In this document: piece after piece, positions 36,868-50,469 of the stretch | How positions within the stretch are numbered: position 1 is the stretch's first letter | Layout of the letters: each line of letters starts with the position of its first letter | From: Vezdaea acicularis | Lineage: Eukaryota | NCBI GenBank assembly: GCA_026025075.1 | Contig: JAPEUI010000093.1 | Span: forward strand, 1-64,000 | DNA: 64,000 nucleotides | Direction of reading: 5' to 3' | Made by a program: the position numbers and the translations under genes | The notes under the pieces: model-generated | Told to the model about the DNA's origin: nothing | Databases searched by the model: none | The model's input: only the letters and a program-made list of their open reading frames with translations

Positions 36868-38454
36868 TTACAACTTGATCGATATGTTACAGGAATCCAG
36901 CACTAATGCCACTATCGATATTGCCGCCGCATAAGTTATAAGCACCGCCATTGCTTGCAAATTTTGCAATTCTAATGTTGGCATTGTCAAGTTGACAATT
37001 CCAGTCAGCAGATTAGCGAATAGGAATATAGCAAGTCCGTTTCGATTGAACGCTGCTAAGATCCGACTAGTCTTATACTCCAGCTTGAGATCTCTTCTTT
37101 GAGATCTTGTGTTTGATTGGGCAGTAAAAAAAACACTATCAAGGATACAATAGACCAGTAGCTGTCCACTATTGAATGCGTTGACCCACAGGATATAAGA
37201 CAGATTTGCAAGCCGCCTGCTTACCGCAAGGCTAGCACCATGAATCGAATGTGATATGCAGAAAAGTAGGAGCCAGAGCGTTGAAGCGAGGGACAGGCGG
37301 ATAATCATAGGGGCGGTCGGATGTGAGATGAGGATGTGGAAAGGGTTTGATGGAGAAGAGGCTATGGATCGCTGGTATCTGCGAACCATGGACGGAAGAG
37401 GTAAGTTCGGCCGGAGAATGTCCATTCCCATACCTAGACCAGCAAGAAATATTGATAGATAGCCGATGAAGGAGAACACACCCTCCCGATTTTGAGATAG
37501 AAGGGATGTGCGGGGAGAGGTAAGTATGAAGGGTTGGAGGAGCGTAGATTCGAGAATAATTTGATAGGCGGTGCTGAGGAGAAGCGAGAGCAGGTAATAG
37601 GATGGAATCAGTGAGAATAATGATTGGAAGATTGCCACAAATGGTGGTAGCAACGCAAGAGTAAAAAAGAAGTTCCAGTGCACTCCATATTCCGTGACAT
37701 GTTCCGCATAATCCAGGCCCTTAACGCTGTAGAGCCGCACCAATCCAAGGAATAAGAGCGGTAGAGCGTGGCGCAGTGAAGCCCTTAGCCTAAGGAGGAG
37801 TCCAGAAGCGTTTGAAGAGCATTCTGACTGTATGACTGGACGAGCAGCGACCACTCCAGCGGAATATACAAATGAACCAACTCCTAAGTCCATTAATGAA
37901 GTCCCCCATGTTTCAACCTTTGCAAATCTCCTGGGGAATGCATGAAAGTCAACTGCGAGAATTGCGATGCAAGTGATTGCCATCATGCTGCCACGATAAG
38001 TTGTAAGGAACGCTCTTCGTGGCAATCCTGAGGATGAACTTGCAACCTCTGTTGAATCATCGGCGGTTGTACGTGGCGGCTTAGCTTTCACGTACTGTGA
38101 GACACGTCGTGGTAGGGAGAGTAGCAGTAGCACGGGTAAGAGCAGTAGGGCATTCAGGATAATTGGCTGGGACGCATACACAGTCACCGCGAAAAGAACG
38201 GCGCAGCAGTTGAGTAAGAAGTCAACAACTACAGCCGGCCCGCTGTAAGGATCGAAGAAGGAAAGACGAGATTGAAGAGCGGACCAGAGAGCGGCAGAAG
38301 CCTGAAAAGGATCATCATTAGCAATTCTGATGTCTCATATCACAGGGTCGAAGCTTACAGGCCCTACAGCGGTGACATAGGTGATCTCGATTATCTCTCC
38401 ACCAGTAAGGTTTGATACGAACTCCTCCTTCAGCGTTTTATAGCTATTAGCCAT
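36868..38454 (-). CDS. GWT1: GPI inositol acyltransferase (PIG-W family)
   Basis: [98 protein letters not shown]; intron ~38302-38358. Confidence 0.97.
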
Positions 38455-39659
38455 GGTAAGGGAAGGTCAGTCATCCGTAACATTCGCGTCTTAGCAGCCA
38501 GGGAGTATTCCCATTGCTATTTCAAACAGGAAAAAGACCGAAAATGAACGTGATAGCTCAGTCACTTGGAGTGAAGAGTGATCCTTGTTAATGGATACAA
38601 TATTCGCCCAAGATTTACTCTATGATGACTAATCATGAAACTATCATTGAGTTATGACCATGTAACACGAGATCTGCTACCTATCGTGTAACTATGGTCG
38701 ACCGTCCAAATCATCTAATTCAGTCCACCGAAACATGTTCTCAAAATCGATTTTCCCAATCTGGCACGGATAGCAAATTCACCCAATCCTACGAAGTCTT
38801 ACTATAAGCATGTCCCATCGGCAGGAAGGACGTCACTCTATATGGCATTGAAGCAAACCTACAGCCACCATGACATTCACAAACGATCATGGCATTCGCA
38901 TCAACACCAATCTTGGTCTTTCTCCTGATGTGAGCGACGGTACTGATGACCTTTCACATCCTTATTTCTGTTTGCTCCCAATTCCTAATGGGAGTGAGCT
39001 ATGCCATCATCTCACTTTGGCCTCTTTAATCAATCGCAAGGATCAATGGGATCTCGATGGCTTCTGTCTCGGGACCGCCCGTCCTTGTCCGATTCTCTGA
39101 TGTCTCTCACGATCTAAGAACCCCTATGACGTGGGTCGAGGACGTGTTGCTCTATGCAGTTGCCTCATTCATGTCCGACTACCTTATGCGAAAGGTTGAT
39201 CGTAGAAGCGAGCAGGCTAACAAAGGCTAAGGACGGAAACTTTAGCAGTCATAGCCCGTCCTCATGGTTGGGGGAGGGTCCAGCGTTTCTAATCCTGCTA
39301 GAAGGCGTTCAGGGAAGAACGAGGAATATCCTGGCTCAAAAATCGCGCAGCAGTGTATACCCGCGTACGCGAAAGGGGATTCTTTCTAGTGCCTCCGATT
39401 GCCGAAAATATCTCGCTCAGGGCCAATCCGATGCGCAAACACAATATCCGAGCTTTTTGAAATGTGATGGGGCAGCCTTGATAATCTTTACCTGTTGAGG
39501 TATAATGAAGCTCGGACTCCCAAGCCAGCTCCGTTACTCTCCACGGTGCCAATCAAAGAGTGAGGTATAATACACGGGGCGATTCCATTGCGCTGTAAAT
39601 TCGAAAAGATCACATATCCCCTTTCGATATCACATACTCCAGCGTTCGATACAATCAAT

Positions 39660-40548
39660 ATGTATTGCTTAAGCTCATTTCTAGAAGTGACTACCGTATT
39701 AGTCACCCTTTCTTCCAGTATCCTTACTACTCTGGCATATGAGCAAGCCGAGCCACTCATAGCATCAATATTTATCCCACTTACAACTGTTATTAGCCCA
39801 CTCGCAGCAGCTACATCTAGTTCTCCTCCGTCTGTTACGTCTTTATCTTCTACGGACAGTAACTCGGTAAGATCCCATACGAAGAATCTTTAATTTTCAT
39901 TAACGTTGTACTTAGGTGTTCAATTGCTCCGGGTCACTTCCTATGACTGACTACCCCGACAATCTGGAACGAACAGATTTCTTGAGCTTAGTCGATCTTT
40001 GTGGATGGGGATGCACCTGTGGAGATGGAAGCTCAAGTAATCCTACATGCAATTCATCATCAGAGAAGATCCCTGATTTCAACGCTACTGCTGGTCTGAA
40101 GCAAGCATGTTTGAAAGGATGCTCGTGCCTAACGACGTCTCAATATAAAGCCAACCCACCCGCTAGCAGCTACAACCAGACACTCGCTGCACCAAATTGC
40201 CCAAAGGGGCCCATTCCAAGCGGGGCAGATATCACGGCGTTGAGAAGCCTTAGCAACATTGTTAACTTAACCTGTTTCAACGATCCGTGGACAAGCATCA
40301 ATACTATAGTCAACAGTACTTTTAATTATACGGCAGCCCAACTATGTGACCCCTGCCCAAGCGGTTATGGGCCTGATCCAGATTGCAAGCCACGTATGTC
40401 CCCATTTCCTTGAAGTAAGATACATCGCTAATTGTGTTTAGAACCCATTCCATTGCCAACCTGCAATACACAAGACGTTGGTACTACGAGTGATCAGACT
40501 AGTACGACCTCTAAGAGCCGTCGTAGGAGACGATCGGCTGCTAATTAA
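39660..40548 (+). CDS. Secreted Cys-rich protein, paralogue of the 41580 gene
   Basis: Hydrophobic N-terminus; introns 39867-39915 and 40394-40441; FNCSGSLPMTDYP...LSLVDLCGWGCTC...ACLKGCSC...CDPCPSGYGPDPDCKPQPIPLPTC. Confidence 0.8.
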
Positions 40549-41579
40549 GAGAGCAGCTCGTCCTAATTCCGGTAGCAATTAGATGACTGCTGGTTCCATT
40601 CATTTAAATCATCAATACAAATCTAGTAATACTAAAGCAGGAGCACCCTTTTAGCATTATGTCTCTTCCCTTCTGGGTGAGTATGTGTATCTTTCAATAA
40701 GGAGCTCACCTAAAAGAAACGCTCTCCTATGGGTTGCTGGGTGGTGGTCATGAGCCAGTCGCATATACTTATCACTGAACTATATCCTTGAAAAGCCGGC
40801 GTTTCGGTGGGGTATAGACGGCGTTATCATATACCGTTATGTAAATACCATTTTCTGAGCTGCTCATCATATCTGCACCCCAAAAGAACTAATGATTTCA
40901 AAGAATAATGCCCCACTAGTACCCCTGTCACATCTTCACCGCCTAATCTCCTCCCAACAATTCAACCCCTGAAATTCTCTCGTCCCCAGATTCCCATGGT
41001 CGAATTAGCGGCTCCAACGTTACAGTTACCCCTTCCCTCCAACGAAGGATCAGGCATTTACAAGCGCGCCATTTTTACACCTACGTGGTCAATGCACCAC
41101 GCAGGGACCATCTCTATCATGCTGCGTGTGTCACTGCAAGGCTTCATTGCCTGGCGGAAGACAAGCACACAAGCCGCTAGGGAGATGCGCAGTATGGGTA
41201 GGAAGAGGAGGTAGTGAGGTTTCACTTACAGCGGGGACATAGCCCCGGCATCCCCCGACTCCTCAGGGAAAAGGAAGCGTAATCTTCCTTACCTGGTACC
41301 TGCAAGGCCGGAGATTGCGTCCTGAGCGAGGCCTGATCTGAGTACTTACTCATATTCCATCACATCTTGGGGACCTTTCTGCTTTTGTTCCCTTCCTCTT
41401 ATCCTGGCTTCGGTTTTCTCTTGACATTAGATTCAATCTACATCAGCATCAAGGCTCTCTTCTTCTTTTCAGCAATAATCTTGCACTAATCCAGGCGGGT
41501 GGCCCCTTGACTGTGCAGACCATACCTACTCAGTCTCTTCTTCTGCTCTGATTGCGTCTACAGCAAATCCCCCAGACAA

Positions 41580-42891
41580 ATGGCTGATATTGGTGGTGTG
41601 CCGGGCGCGGGTGAAGCTGCAATCGCTGGGCTGCCCCAGAATGCTGGCACCTTCGTGAATGACGGCGGTCCACCGTCATTCATTGGAAATCCGGACTCCT
41701 ACATGATTCTCAACTGCCCTGGGACGTTACCGGCGTCTGGATATCCAGTGGTTCGTCCGTCCTTTCTTACCTCATGGAGATGGTGTTAATTTAAAGCCGT
41801 CCACAGGCGTGCTAATTAAGAAACATGGACAGAACTACTACCGTACAAACTATACCTCCCTGACAGCCTTTTGTGGCTTCAATAACCTCGGCTGTATCTG
41901 CAACAACAACACAGGCACAATTCCTAATTGCGATGGACGTATTAACGAATCCACGTCCTTCCTTACCGTTACTGCCGTTCAGCAAGTCTGTGTGTGGGCG
42001 TGTTCCTGCATGTCCGCCAATGCGTACTCGAAGAACGTCCCCGCGAACCACGACTTTAATATTGATCCCAATCCCGGGTGTCCAAACGCCACTGACACAA
42101 CATTCCCTATAGGCAAAACCATCAATGACTACAGGGAGCAATATCTTGAGGCGCCAGCAAATCTAAGCTGTGTGAAAAGTGTGGAGGAAGCGATGTCGCC
42201 CCTGTGGACGCTAGTCCAGCAGGGGTTTGACATGAGTAAAGCGCAGAAGTGCCAGCCTTGCCCAGGAGGGTACAGAGATCCGGATTGCAAGTGGCAGCCT
42301 TTACCTTTGCCTATATGTGGAAATTCGCCGAATGCTACCGTCGCTGCGAGTGAGCTCAGCAACGGTGTGAGTACGACAGCGAACACGACGGGAGGCTTGA
42401 ATGGAACTGCAACCTTGATCCTCTCATCAAACACAAATGGAGACCCGCTATCAGGTCTGGGGGTAGCCACAACTTCGAGCGGAACGATAAATTCGACGGC
42501 AAGCCCCGGATCTGGGGGGATTCCGAGTACGAGTTTTGTTGCAACAATCTCCTCGAATGCTAGTGCCGGCACAAGCTCCAGTACTTATGCAAAACCTCTT
42601 CCAACAATAGGTTTCAATAGTAGCACATCTATTTCTTCGACTCCAAAGATAGTCTCTCAAGCCAGTGCGACAGTGCAGGGTGTTCTACTTGAAGGTGTGA
42701 GTCCGATATCCCTGACGGACCAGAATTCGAATTCAAGTATCGGCTCCAGCACAAATTCGAGTGTTGGCTTCACCCTAAAGATGACATCGAGTTCAAGGAG
42801 TACGACGAAGCTGCAACCAACGGTAACGATGTGGGTGACGGAGACGCTGTACCCGTCCTCGAGTAGTAGTGCTATAGTGGAAGTATCATGA
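41580..42891 (+). CDS. Cys-rich protein with Ser/Thr-rich C-terminal tail, paralogue of the 39660 gene; true start probably further upstream
   Basis: Intron 41751-41832; LNCPGTLPASGYP...TSLTAFC...LGCIC...VCVWACSC...CQPCPGGYRDPDCKWQPLPLPIC. Confidence 0.8.
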
Positions 42892-43514
42892 GGACTATCC
42901 TTGTCTAGTCAGCGCATTTGACAGCATTTTTGCGAGTGTGGCACAAGCAATGTATCTACAGTAGTGTTCATGGATATTGATGTTCGGCTCGGCTCCAGGC
43001 ATTGTCTAGATTCTTGTACTCGTACATTTATACCCAGCTGTTTTTACGGTTCTTTAATTCCTCACAACCTTCCCCATGGGCCTCCTACAATCGACTAAGG
43101 TACACGAGACGCTGCGAATCTTGTTTTAGAACGGAATGATTTTTCATGACACCAAGTACTCCCCACATTACATGTTACCTCCTGTATTACGAGCGTGCAG
43201 CTTTGGATACCGCTGTACTGCACAATCTGCGTGTCCTGGTACTTGCGATTCAAGAAGTCCAATGGTTTCCAGCAAGTAATAAGTTAACGCATGACATTCG
43301 TTTTCTCGTCATGCCCATGATATCTACGTTCTAGACTAACTTCATTACGAAAGAGCTCACTTAAGAGGTTCGCTAGACTTGTCAAAGAAACGCTTGAGAG
43401 AAAGGAATCCTTGAACGTAACGCCTGCCTGCTGTTGACCCCGAAATACAATTTCGCCCGCTAAAGTTCCATGGGGTTATTAGAGACGCTGGAACAATATC
43501 CGGATATCCTTTTC

Positions 43515-45404
43515 TCATCGAATGGTCATTTGCTTTGCCATGCCACCTTTGGCTCCGATACCTCCTCCCTCTCTTGCGCCCGAGGGCGCTCCAGGCTTCT
43601 TTTCGAAGATTTTCCAAAATTTCAGAGACTCATCTGCAGCTTCGTGGATGTTAATGGACTAGCTTTGACTCTCAAAAGTAGGATCCTTACCTGCAGTAGC
43701 GAGCATTTGACCATCAGGACTTAGGCAGCTATGTAGAACTCGAGAATCATGCGCCGGGATCTCTACGTTCTTTACCAGTGAAGGGTAGCTCCAGATCATC
43801 AATGAGTTGTCGGGATAGCCACTGGTGCTGACAATCTCGCGATAGTTATTGCTCCACCTTAGACTTGTGACTTGTGATTCTGTGTCAATGCTGTTTACCC
43901 TTGAGCCAGTAGTGGAGTTCCAGAAATGGATATGACGATCATAAGAGCCCCCACCCGTGGCCAAAAGGTTTGGCTGCCACGGGCACCAAGCTAGCGCCTT
44001 GACCGCTGCGCGGTGGTTTGTCTTCGTGAACTTGGGAGCTGCGAGTGACCGAGCGTCCCAGATCGATACAAGATTGTCGTTGCCTCCGGTTGCGAGCTGC
44101 GCACCATCGGAGCGCCACTCAAGACCACAAACCTCTGAAGTGTGTGAGACTAATTCGGCGACCTTATGCTGTGCCACACGAACATCGTGGTTGTACACAA
44201 GACCACTCCGAGCACCAGTCGAGAGAAGATGCTTTGACCATCCCATCACACCAACACGTGCTTCATGGCCATACATACTTCTTAGCTTGGTTCCTTCTTC
44301 GACGTCCCAGATTTGGACTTCACCAGACCCCAAGCCAACGCCGACATAAGCGCCATCACTACTCCATTTGATACTACTGACGTAGGTATCTGGAGACGTC
44401 TCCAACAAACAGCTTACTGTACCCGAATCTGCCGACCAGACATAAACATTGCGTTCAAGGCCAATTGCAACTTGATTTCCGGAACTCCAATCAAGTAGGT
44501 TGAGATAGTAGTCGTCAACAAGCCCCGGTGCGTCAAGGACACGTTCAGGGGCTGACAACACCTTTCGCCGGAACTGGGCAGAAGCAGTGTTTGCCTTCTT
44601 CAAGGGCCGATTGTATTGGCACCTAAGGTCGATAGGCCTAGACGACTCTGGCGGAGCAGGCTTGAATGCGAGAATTTTTGTATTAAGAGAGACACCACAA
44701 GCAGATGCTAGGGACGACTCGTAGGCAAGTGCGTCTGGAGCAGGCTTCGTGTAGGTTGTGGCATCATTATCATCGTCTAAGCTTAGGCCATCAAGGGCTA
44801 CCGAAACATCTGTACCACTGAGACCGCCAAGATCATATGCACTTGCTGCGTTCGCAAGAACTGTTGAACCCTCTCCGCAACTCGTCTTTGGTCGTTGGCT
44901 ATCTAAAGCAAGCTTGCCTGAGCCCACGCTTGTAATCGCATCGCTTGCAGATCGATTTGGAATAAACCGATCACCTGTCTTGTAGGAGATACGAATTGTT
45001 GACTTGGTAGGCCTTGACCTTAAAGCTCCGTCCTTTTTCACCTTCTTGCTACTTGGTGTCGGGACATTTGACCCAGTGCCAGTAAGTGTCCAGTCTGAAA
45101 CGCCGAGCTCAAGGCGCATTGGCGTGTTCTGCCGAGCAATGTTTGACTTCGGTGAATCGCGGTGCGAATTTCTCGACGCGGACTTTGAAAATAGCGAGAT
45201 ATTGCCACCATAGCTCGATTGCCTTAGGTTTTCACTTATTTGACGAGGAGGTGTGAAGGGTGAAGAGTTGTTTGAAGCATTTGTGGCCAGGCTTGCTGTC
45301 CGTGTACGAGGAGATGGTGTCAATGGCATCCGACCACCAGCTGTGCGAGTGGAAAACATGCCATGATGGCTTTTGAGAGGTGTTGATACTGAAGCGGTTG
45401 CCAT
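43515..45404 (-). CDS. CDC20: APC/C activator Cdc20/Slp1 (WD40)
   Basis: C-box DRFIPNR, PERVLDAPGLVDDYYLNLLDWS, WD40 repeats, spliced last exon AADESLKFWKIF ending in the IR tail (MTIR). Confidence 0.96.
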
Positions 45405-46227
45405 TTTGCAGTATCTTGAAGATCGATTATCAAGTTAATGAATCGATTTTGATTTGCTGTATATCTACTAAGCCTTAGCTTTTGTAGAGTGTTAGTTATC
45501 GTTGTTCCGATTAAGAGGCCGGTTTATTGCTGTGAGCTCTCAAGAGTCTCAATTGAATGGATCCTGAGTAGTGGTTATTGGTTAGTATTTTGTTGATGTT
45601 ACAAATAAGCCGGAAAGGGTTGATATAATCGGAGTTCCTATGCAGGGATTTTATTGCAATCGGTGGGTCGATAGATCTTGCTGTTGGTTCTAAGAACTTA
45701 GGCGAAGATAAATCTGATGGATTGAATGAAGTCCTTACAAGAGGATGGGTATAGATGCAAATAAATGCAGAGGAATTTAGAGGTGGGGGGTATTGCGATT
45801 TTGTAGAAAGGTATGTGAGGAGGAAGAGGAAGAAGAGAGGGGATCGGAAGGCCCGTGGTTCTTCTTGTACCGAGTGTTCATAGTCTCAATGTGCGCCTGT
45901 TGGCCCAGCGACCGGCCAAATCTGGAAGCGCCCGTTGCTGACCAATCAGAACAAAGCACCTCGTGCGACTTGTGGATCCAATCGCGTTAGCCGAACAAGG
46001 GAAAATCTAGCCATCATCAATGTCATTTTAGGAATTCAAGGTTCATCATACATTCTGCTAGAATCGCCATGATCTTAACAAAGTTTCCTGGGTCATGAGT
46101 GCACTCGTTTGTATCGCACTGCAATCACTTCAATGCCCTGCGTCTCTTGCTTATTCTTGCATAACTCCACTCACTTCACCCAAACCACTTGACAGTTCCA
46201 ATTCTGTTCATGTAATGTGATTTAATC

Positions 46228-48512
46228 ATGGCTGGAACTCTCCCTTCAACGCCTTTAGGGCCCTCAAACTCTCTCTTTGCTCCAGGTTCTTCAATCCGTC
46301 ACTCTCAGAGTAATACAGTCATTTCAGGCTCCTCTACATCCTTGAATCGGACTTTCCTGATGCCCAATAGCCCAAAGAAAGGCCGTCGAGCAAGTGGCAG
46401 CGATGGATACAAGCCACAGATACTACGCACCGGCGGACAGAGGCCTGCCTGCTTGGTCAATGCTTCTCTCACTTATTGCGGAAATAATCATATATACGCC
46501 TTCGGTGGATTTGACCAATACACTGACGAAGTATACAACCACGTCTTGAGGCTGGACCTGACGACACAGCAATGGAATCTAATCGACAATTATGGAGATA
46601 TACCAGGTGTGCGCATGGGTAGGTACAATTCGGGATATATATGTCTGTCAATGTTAATGGTTCTAAAGGACATACCGCGACCTTATACCAAGGCGACAAG
46701 CTGCTTGTGTTTGGTGGGGAGAACGAGCATCGGAGCTACCTATCCGACGTAGTCATATTCGACCTCAATACTGCGCACTGGACTCAGCCAGCAGTCCATG
46801 GACCAATTCCTAAAGGTCGCGCCCGCCACGCCGCAGTTCTCCACGAAGACAAGCTTTTCATTGTTGGTGGACTCACTGGTAATAGTAATCATGTTCTAGA
46901 TGACATATGTTATCTCGATCTCAAAACTTGGACGTGGTCTCGGGCATGGAGATTTGTTGGCCGCTTCGACCACGCAGCGTGGATTTGGGGAGGTCGCATG
47001 TGGGTGTTTGGTGGCTTAGGCGAAGACATGGATCGTGGCGGGGAGCTTTGGTGGCTCGACCTCAAAGGAAGCCCAGCTTTCGATAGCAATACGGGATCTA
47101 TACCTTCTGGCCGCCAGTCCCCTTTGGAACGAATGAATCTACCCCATAGATTTGGACAACAACAATCGCAGCAGCTGCTCTCAACCGGTTCGACAGGCTA
47201 CATGGCAAATTCTAGCAGCGTTCAACAAAATCCAGTTTCTATTGGCCCCGTTCACCCGCCCGTTGCACCCGGGTCGATTTCGGCGCTGAAGTTTGTTTCC
47301 GGCGCCAACTTTCCTCCACAATCTTCAGGCAAGCATTTCCACGCTTACTCTTCGGGCTCTCTATTAGATCTCGTCACTCCGGCTCAGACAATCCGGGCTT
47401 CGGAATGCACGCTCTCTGCTCTAGATCTTGATTCACTTAGCTGGCAAAAGCTTGCAGATGGTCCTGAGATATTCAACATGGGCTACAGCTGGCACTATTG
47501 CGCGCTCAACGATGATGGCACCAAAGCCTGGTTACTAGGGTGCGCCAATAGCCTCAACAATGATGGTGAGATGGAAGAATACCTCAGTGAAATTCTGCCT
47601 CTCGATCTTCGCAAATTCGGTCTCTTAGGCAATAACCTTACAAATGAGCCGCATTCCTCTGAACGCCTTCCAGCTTCGGACAGACACGCTACATCTCCCC
47701 TTTCAGCTATTGGTGTCGACCTCGCCGCCACCTTCGACAAGCCTCCGGAGCAAAGTGGGACAGATTTCATCATTACTGCCAATTCAGACGACAATTTGGC
47801 CCTGGTAACTGCAGTCGACGAGGATGAGGACTTCGAAAGCACAGCAGGCTTAGGAAATACTGAATGGCTCCATTCCTCTTCACATACATCCCCTCCAATT
47901 CATGTTCACAAACTCATACTTACCGCTCGCTGGCCACATTTCTCCCGACTTTACACCTCGCAAATGGCTGAATTTCACACCAAGAAAATGCACATCCCTG
48001 AGGCGTACTCTATAGTCCGAGCTTTCTTATATTACCTCTATACCGATTCTATCGCACGTAACGATCATGATTCTTGTCCGTCACTTGCCGATGTTGCAGG
48101 AATGCTCGTCATGTCCAATCTGTATGATATGCCGCGACTTCGACTCCTGTGCGTGAACCGCCTTGGAAGAGAGCTAGATGTAGATAATGCCGCTGTGATT
48201 TGGGAGAAGGCTACAGTGGCGGACGAGGAATGGTTAAGGAGACGAGCAGCAAGCTTCTGTCTAACCCATTGGGGAAGAATAGTAAGAACAGTTGGGTTCA
48301 AGAGAATGAGCAGGAAGAGTATCGTGCACCTTTGTGAAGCGATTGATATCGAGGGTAGAGTGGTGGGTGGAGAAGAGCTTGAAGTCGTCGGTGGTCTTGG
48401 CGGTGGCCGGTTTGGAGTTGGAGGAAGTCAAGGGGAGAGCGAAAGGAGGAGAAGAGACGGTGTGGACGAAGACCCTGAAGATGGTGAGGATGAAGGTATG
48501 GAGATGGGATAG
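46228..48512 (+). CDS. ral2: Kelch-repeat + BTB domain protein, Ral2-like
   Basis: Kelch motifs (IYAFGG, LLVFGG, LFIVGG, MWVFGG); BTB segment IHVHKLILTARWPHF...FLYYLYTD; intron ~46622-46669. Confidence 0.82.
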
Positions 48513-48791
48513 GTCACACACCATTGGCGTACGAAGGAACTTGGGACGGCTGCCTTTTTTGCTGATGTTTGAGCATGAGACACGGGACATATGATTCTAA
48601 TCGTTCAGGTTTGCAGGCGGAAAGACTCATTAATCGAGCATATAAAGCGGAGGAAAATGAGCTCATTTGGACCCTGATATTTTTACGAGCCAGATTCCTT
48701 AATAAATTCAATACTTTAAGGTGGCCCTGCGCCATCCAGAGTCTATTCTCATTGTATATATATCCGGCCCTTTCTACTCCTTATCAGCTGT

Positions 48792-49883
48792 CTACAAAGG
48801 CTTCGTTCCAATTCCGACATAGAACTGAACATCATCCTTCAGTGTGCTCCGCTTCCCCGTTCTCCTGGCAAATTCCTGCTCATAAAGTTTCATTGCCTCT
48901 TGATATAGCCTCCGGTCGTTCGCACACCTCAGGAAGGGGCCCAGGAGCGTATTGCTCATGATCTCGACTCCCTTGTCAAAGGTGATGCGACTTGACTGAT
49001 ACACCTGCGATCTGAAGGCCCACGGCTCCAGCCCTGCACGTTGCATCACCCACACCAAGGAATCCTGCCGGTCCACCCAGAGGTTGTTCCAGATTATGGG
49101 GATCTCAAGGTTTTTCGCAGCCTGTGCCGCGACTCGGCCTGCGAGCTGTGATTCCTCCGTCGGAACGTCAAATATGATCTTCCCGCCGGGCTTAAGGAAG
49201 GTTGCCCAATGCCGTAGTGTTGCGGCGGGATCATCCACGAAGGAAAAAGCGGACGCGCAAGTTATCACATCGAACTTTACCGGGAAGTTCAGGTCTGACA
49301 TGTCCAAGATGTCATGCTCGATGAACTCGATGTCGAGCATTTGCAGCGAAGCCTTGTTCCTGGCCACCTGAAGCATGGCCGCCGAGAAATCCACACCAAT
49401 CACTGTGCCACAGCACCCGACGGCTTGTTTGGCTAGGATGGTGAAGAGACCGGTACCACATGCGAGGTCGAGCACGTTCATTCTGGGCACAAGAGTGGCC
49501 CATCGTAGGTAGTCGAGCGCTTGGATTTTGTGCCAGGGGCTGGTGTCATATGATGGGGCGCGATCATCGTAGATACGCTGTATAGCAGTCGCTTTCGAGA
49601 GACAAGATTCGTCGTGGTAGTCCATTTCTGGATGGTTTCTTGGGTTCTCGGCGTTGGGCCGCGTATTGGTGCGACGGCGGCCGGGTATGCTGGGTATCCT
49701 GAAACGAGGAAGCCGGGGAAGCCGGGGAAGCCGAAGTCGGTTGCTATTGAACTCGTATTGCTGCCAGCCTGGGAATTGAGGGTGGCGGAGCGCATGATTT
49801 AGGTCGTTGAACTGAGCGGACGCGGGAGGGAAACGTTGAAGAATGAGGGGCAGGACAAGGAGGGGTAAGATGAGGATCTGCAT
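48792..49883 (-). CDS. Class I SAM-dependent methyltransferase (UbiE-like) with N-terminal signal-peptide-like and Arg/Pro-rich extension
   Basis: VLDLACGTG, VIGVDFSAAML, FDVITC, LKPGGKIIF; first ATG 49883 MQILILPLLVLPLILQRFPPASAQ; single open frame. Confidence 0.85.
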   Translation of the reverse strand: MQILILPLLVLPLILQRFPPASAQFNDLNHALRHPQFPGWQQYEFNSNRLRLPRLPRLPRFRIPSIPGRRRTNTRPNAENPRNHPEMDYHDESCLSKATAIQRIYDDRAPSYDTSPWHKIQALDYLRWATLVPRMNVLDLACGTGLFTILAKQAVGCCGTVIGVDFSAAMLQVARNKASLQMLDIEFIEHDILDMSDLNFPVKFDVITCASAFSFVDDPAATLRHWATFLKPGGKIIFDVPTEESQLAGRVAAQAAKNLEIPIIWNNLWVDRQDSLVWVMQRAGLEPWAFRSQVYQSSRITFDKGVEIMSNTLLGPFLRCANDRRLYQEAMKLYEQEFARRTGKRSTLKDDVQFYVGIGTKPL

Positions 49884-50469
49884 TGCGGGCCGAGGCGCAA
49901 AGCCCAAAATAATCCCAGTCGGCGATCAGCACCTTGAGCACCCCACCACCATGTCGTTCTCAGGATCCGTGAAAGAGTGGTAACGCAATAGTGGTGTTCG
50001 CTGAACTGCTGTTGGGGTCGTTGCTCTTAATACAATCCACAAAGCAATAATGCCGCAGATTTTCCAATGGCTCGGAAGCTTGAAAGGCGGGTTCATCTAT
50101 GCGCTCGAGCAGGAATGGACTAAAGTGACAAGTTTTGGGTAGCAACTTAGGTGGCTTCTGGGGACTCGACGTTTTCTAACTAGTCACACGACGCTAGGGT
50201 TCACTGAGTGCCTGCTTCGGAATCGAAAGCCAGCAATCCTGCATGACGTATCTCATACCTTTCAATGCCATCTTGCAAGCCTCCGGGGCGCTTGCTCCAA
50301 TTCTAAATTTGTATAACAGGTTGTTTCGGAAAAGCAACTGTTCGCTGTTAGTAAATTTCAGCGCTCGTCCATTTGATTCGACACGCTTCATACTAGGTAT
50401 CTACGAGCAGGATGTAGGCTGGAGGCCATAATCAAAGCAAATTCGAGGACTGAGAGCATTGCCCGGCCC

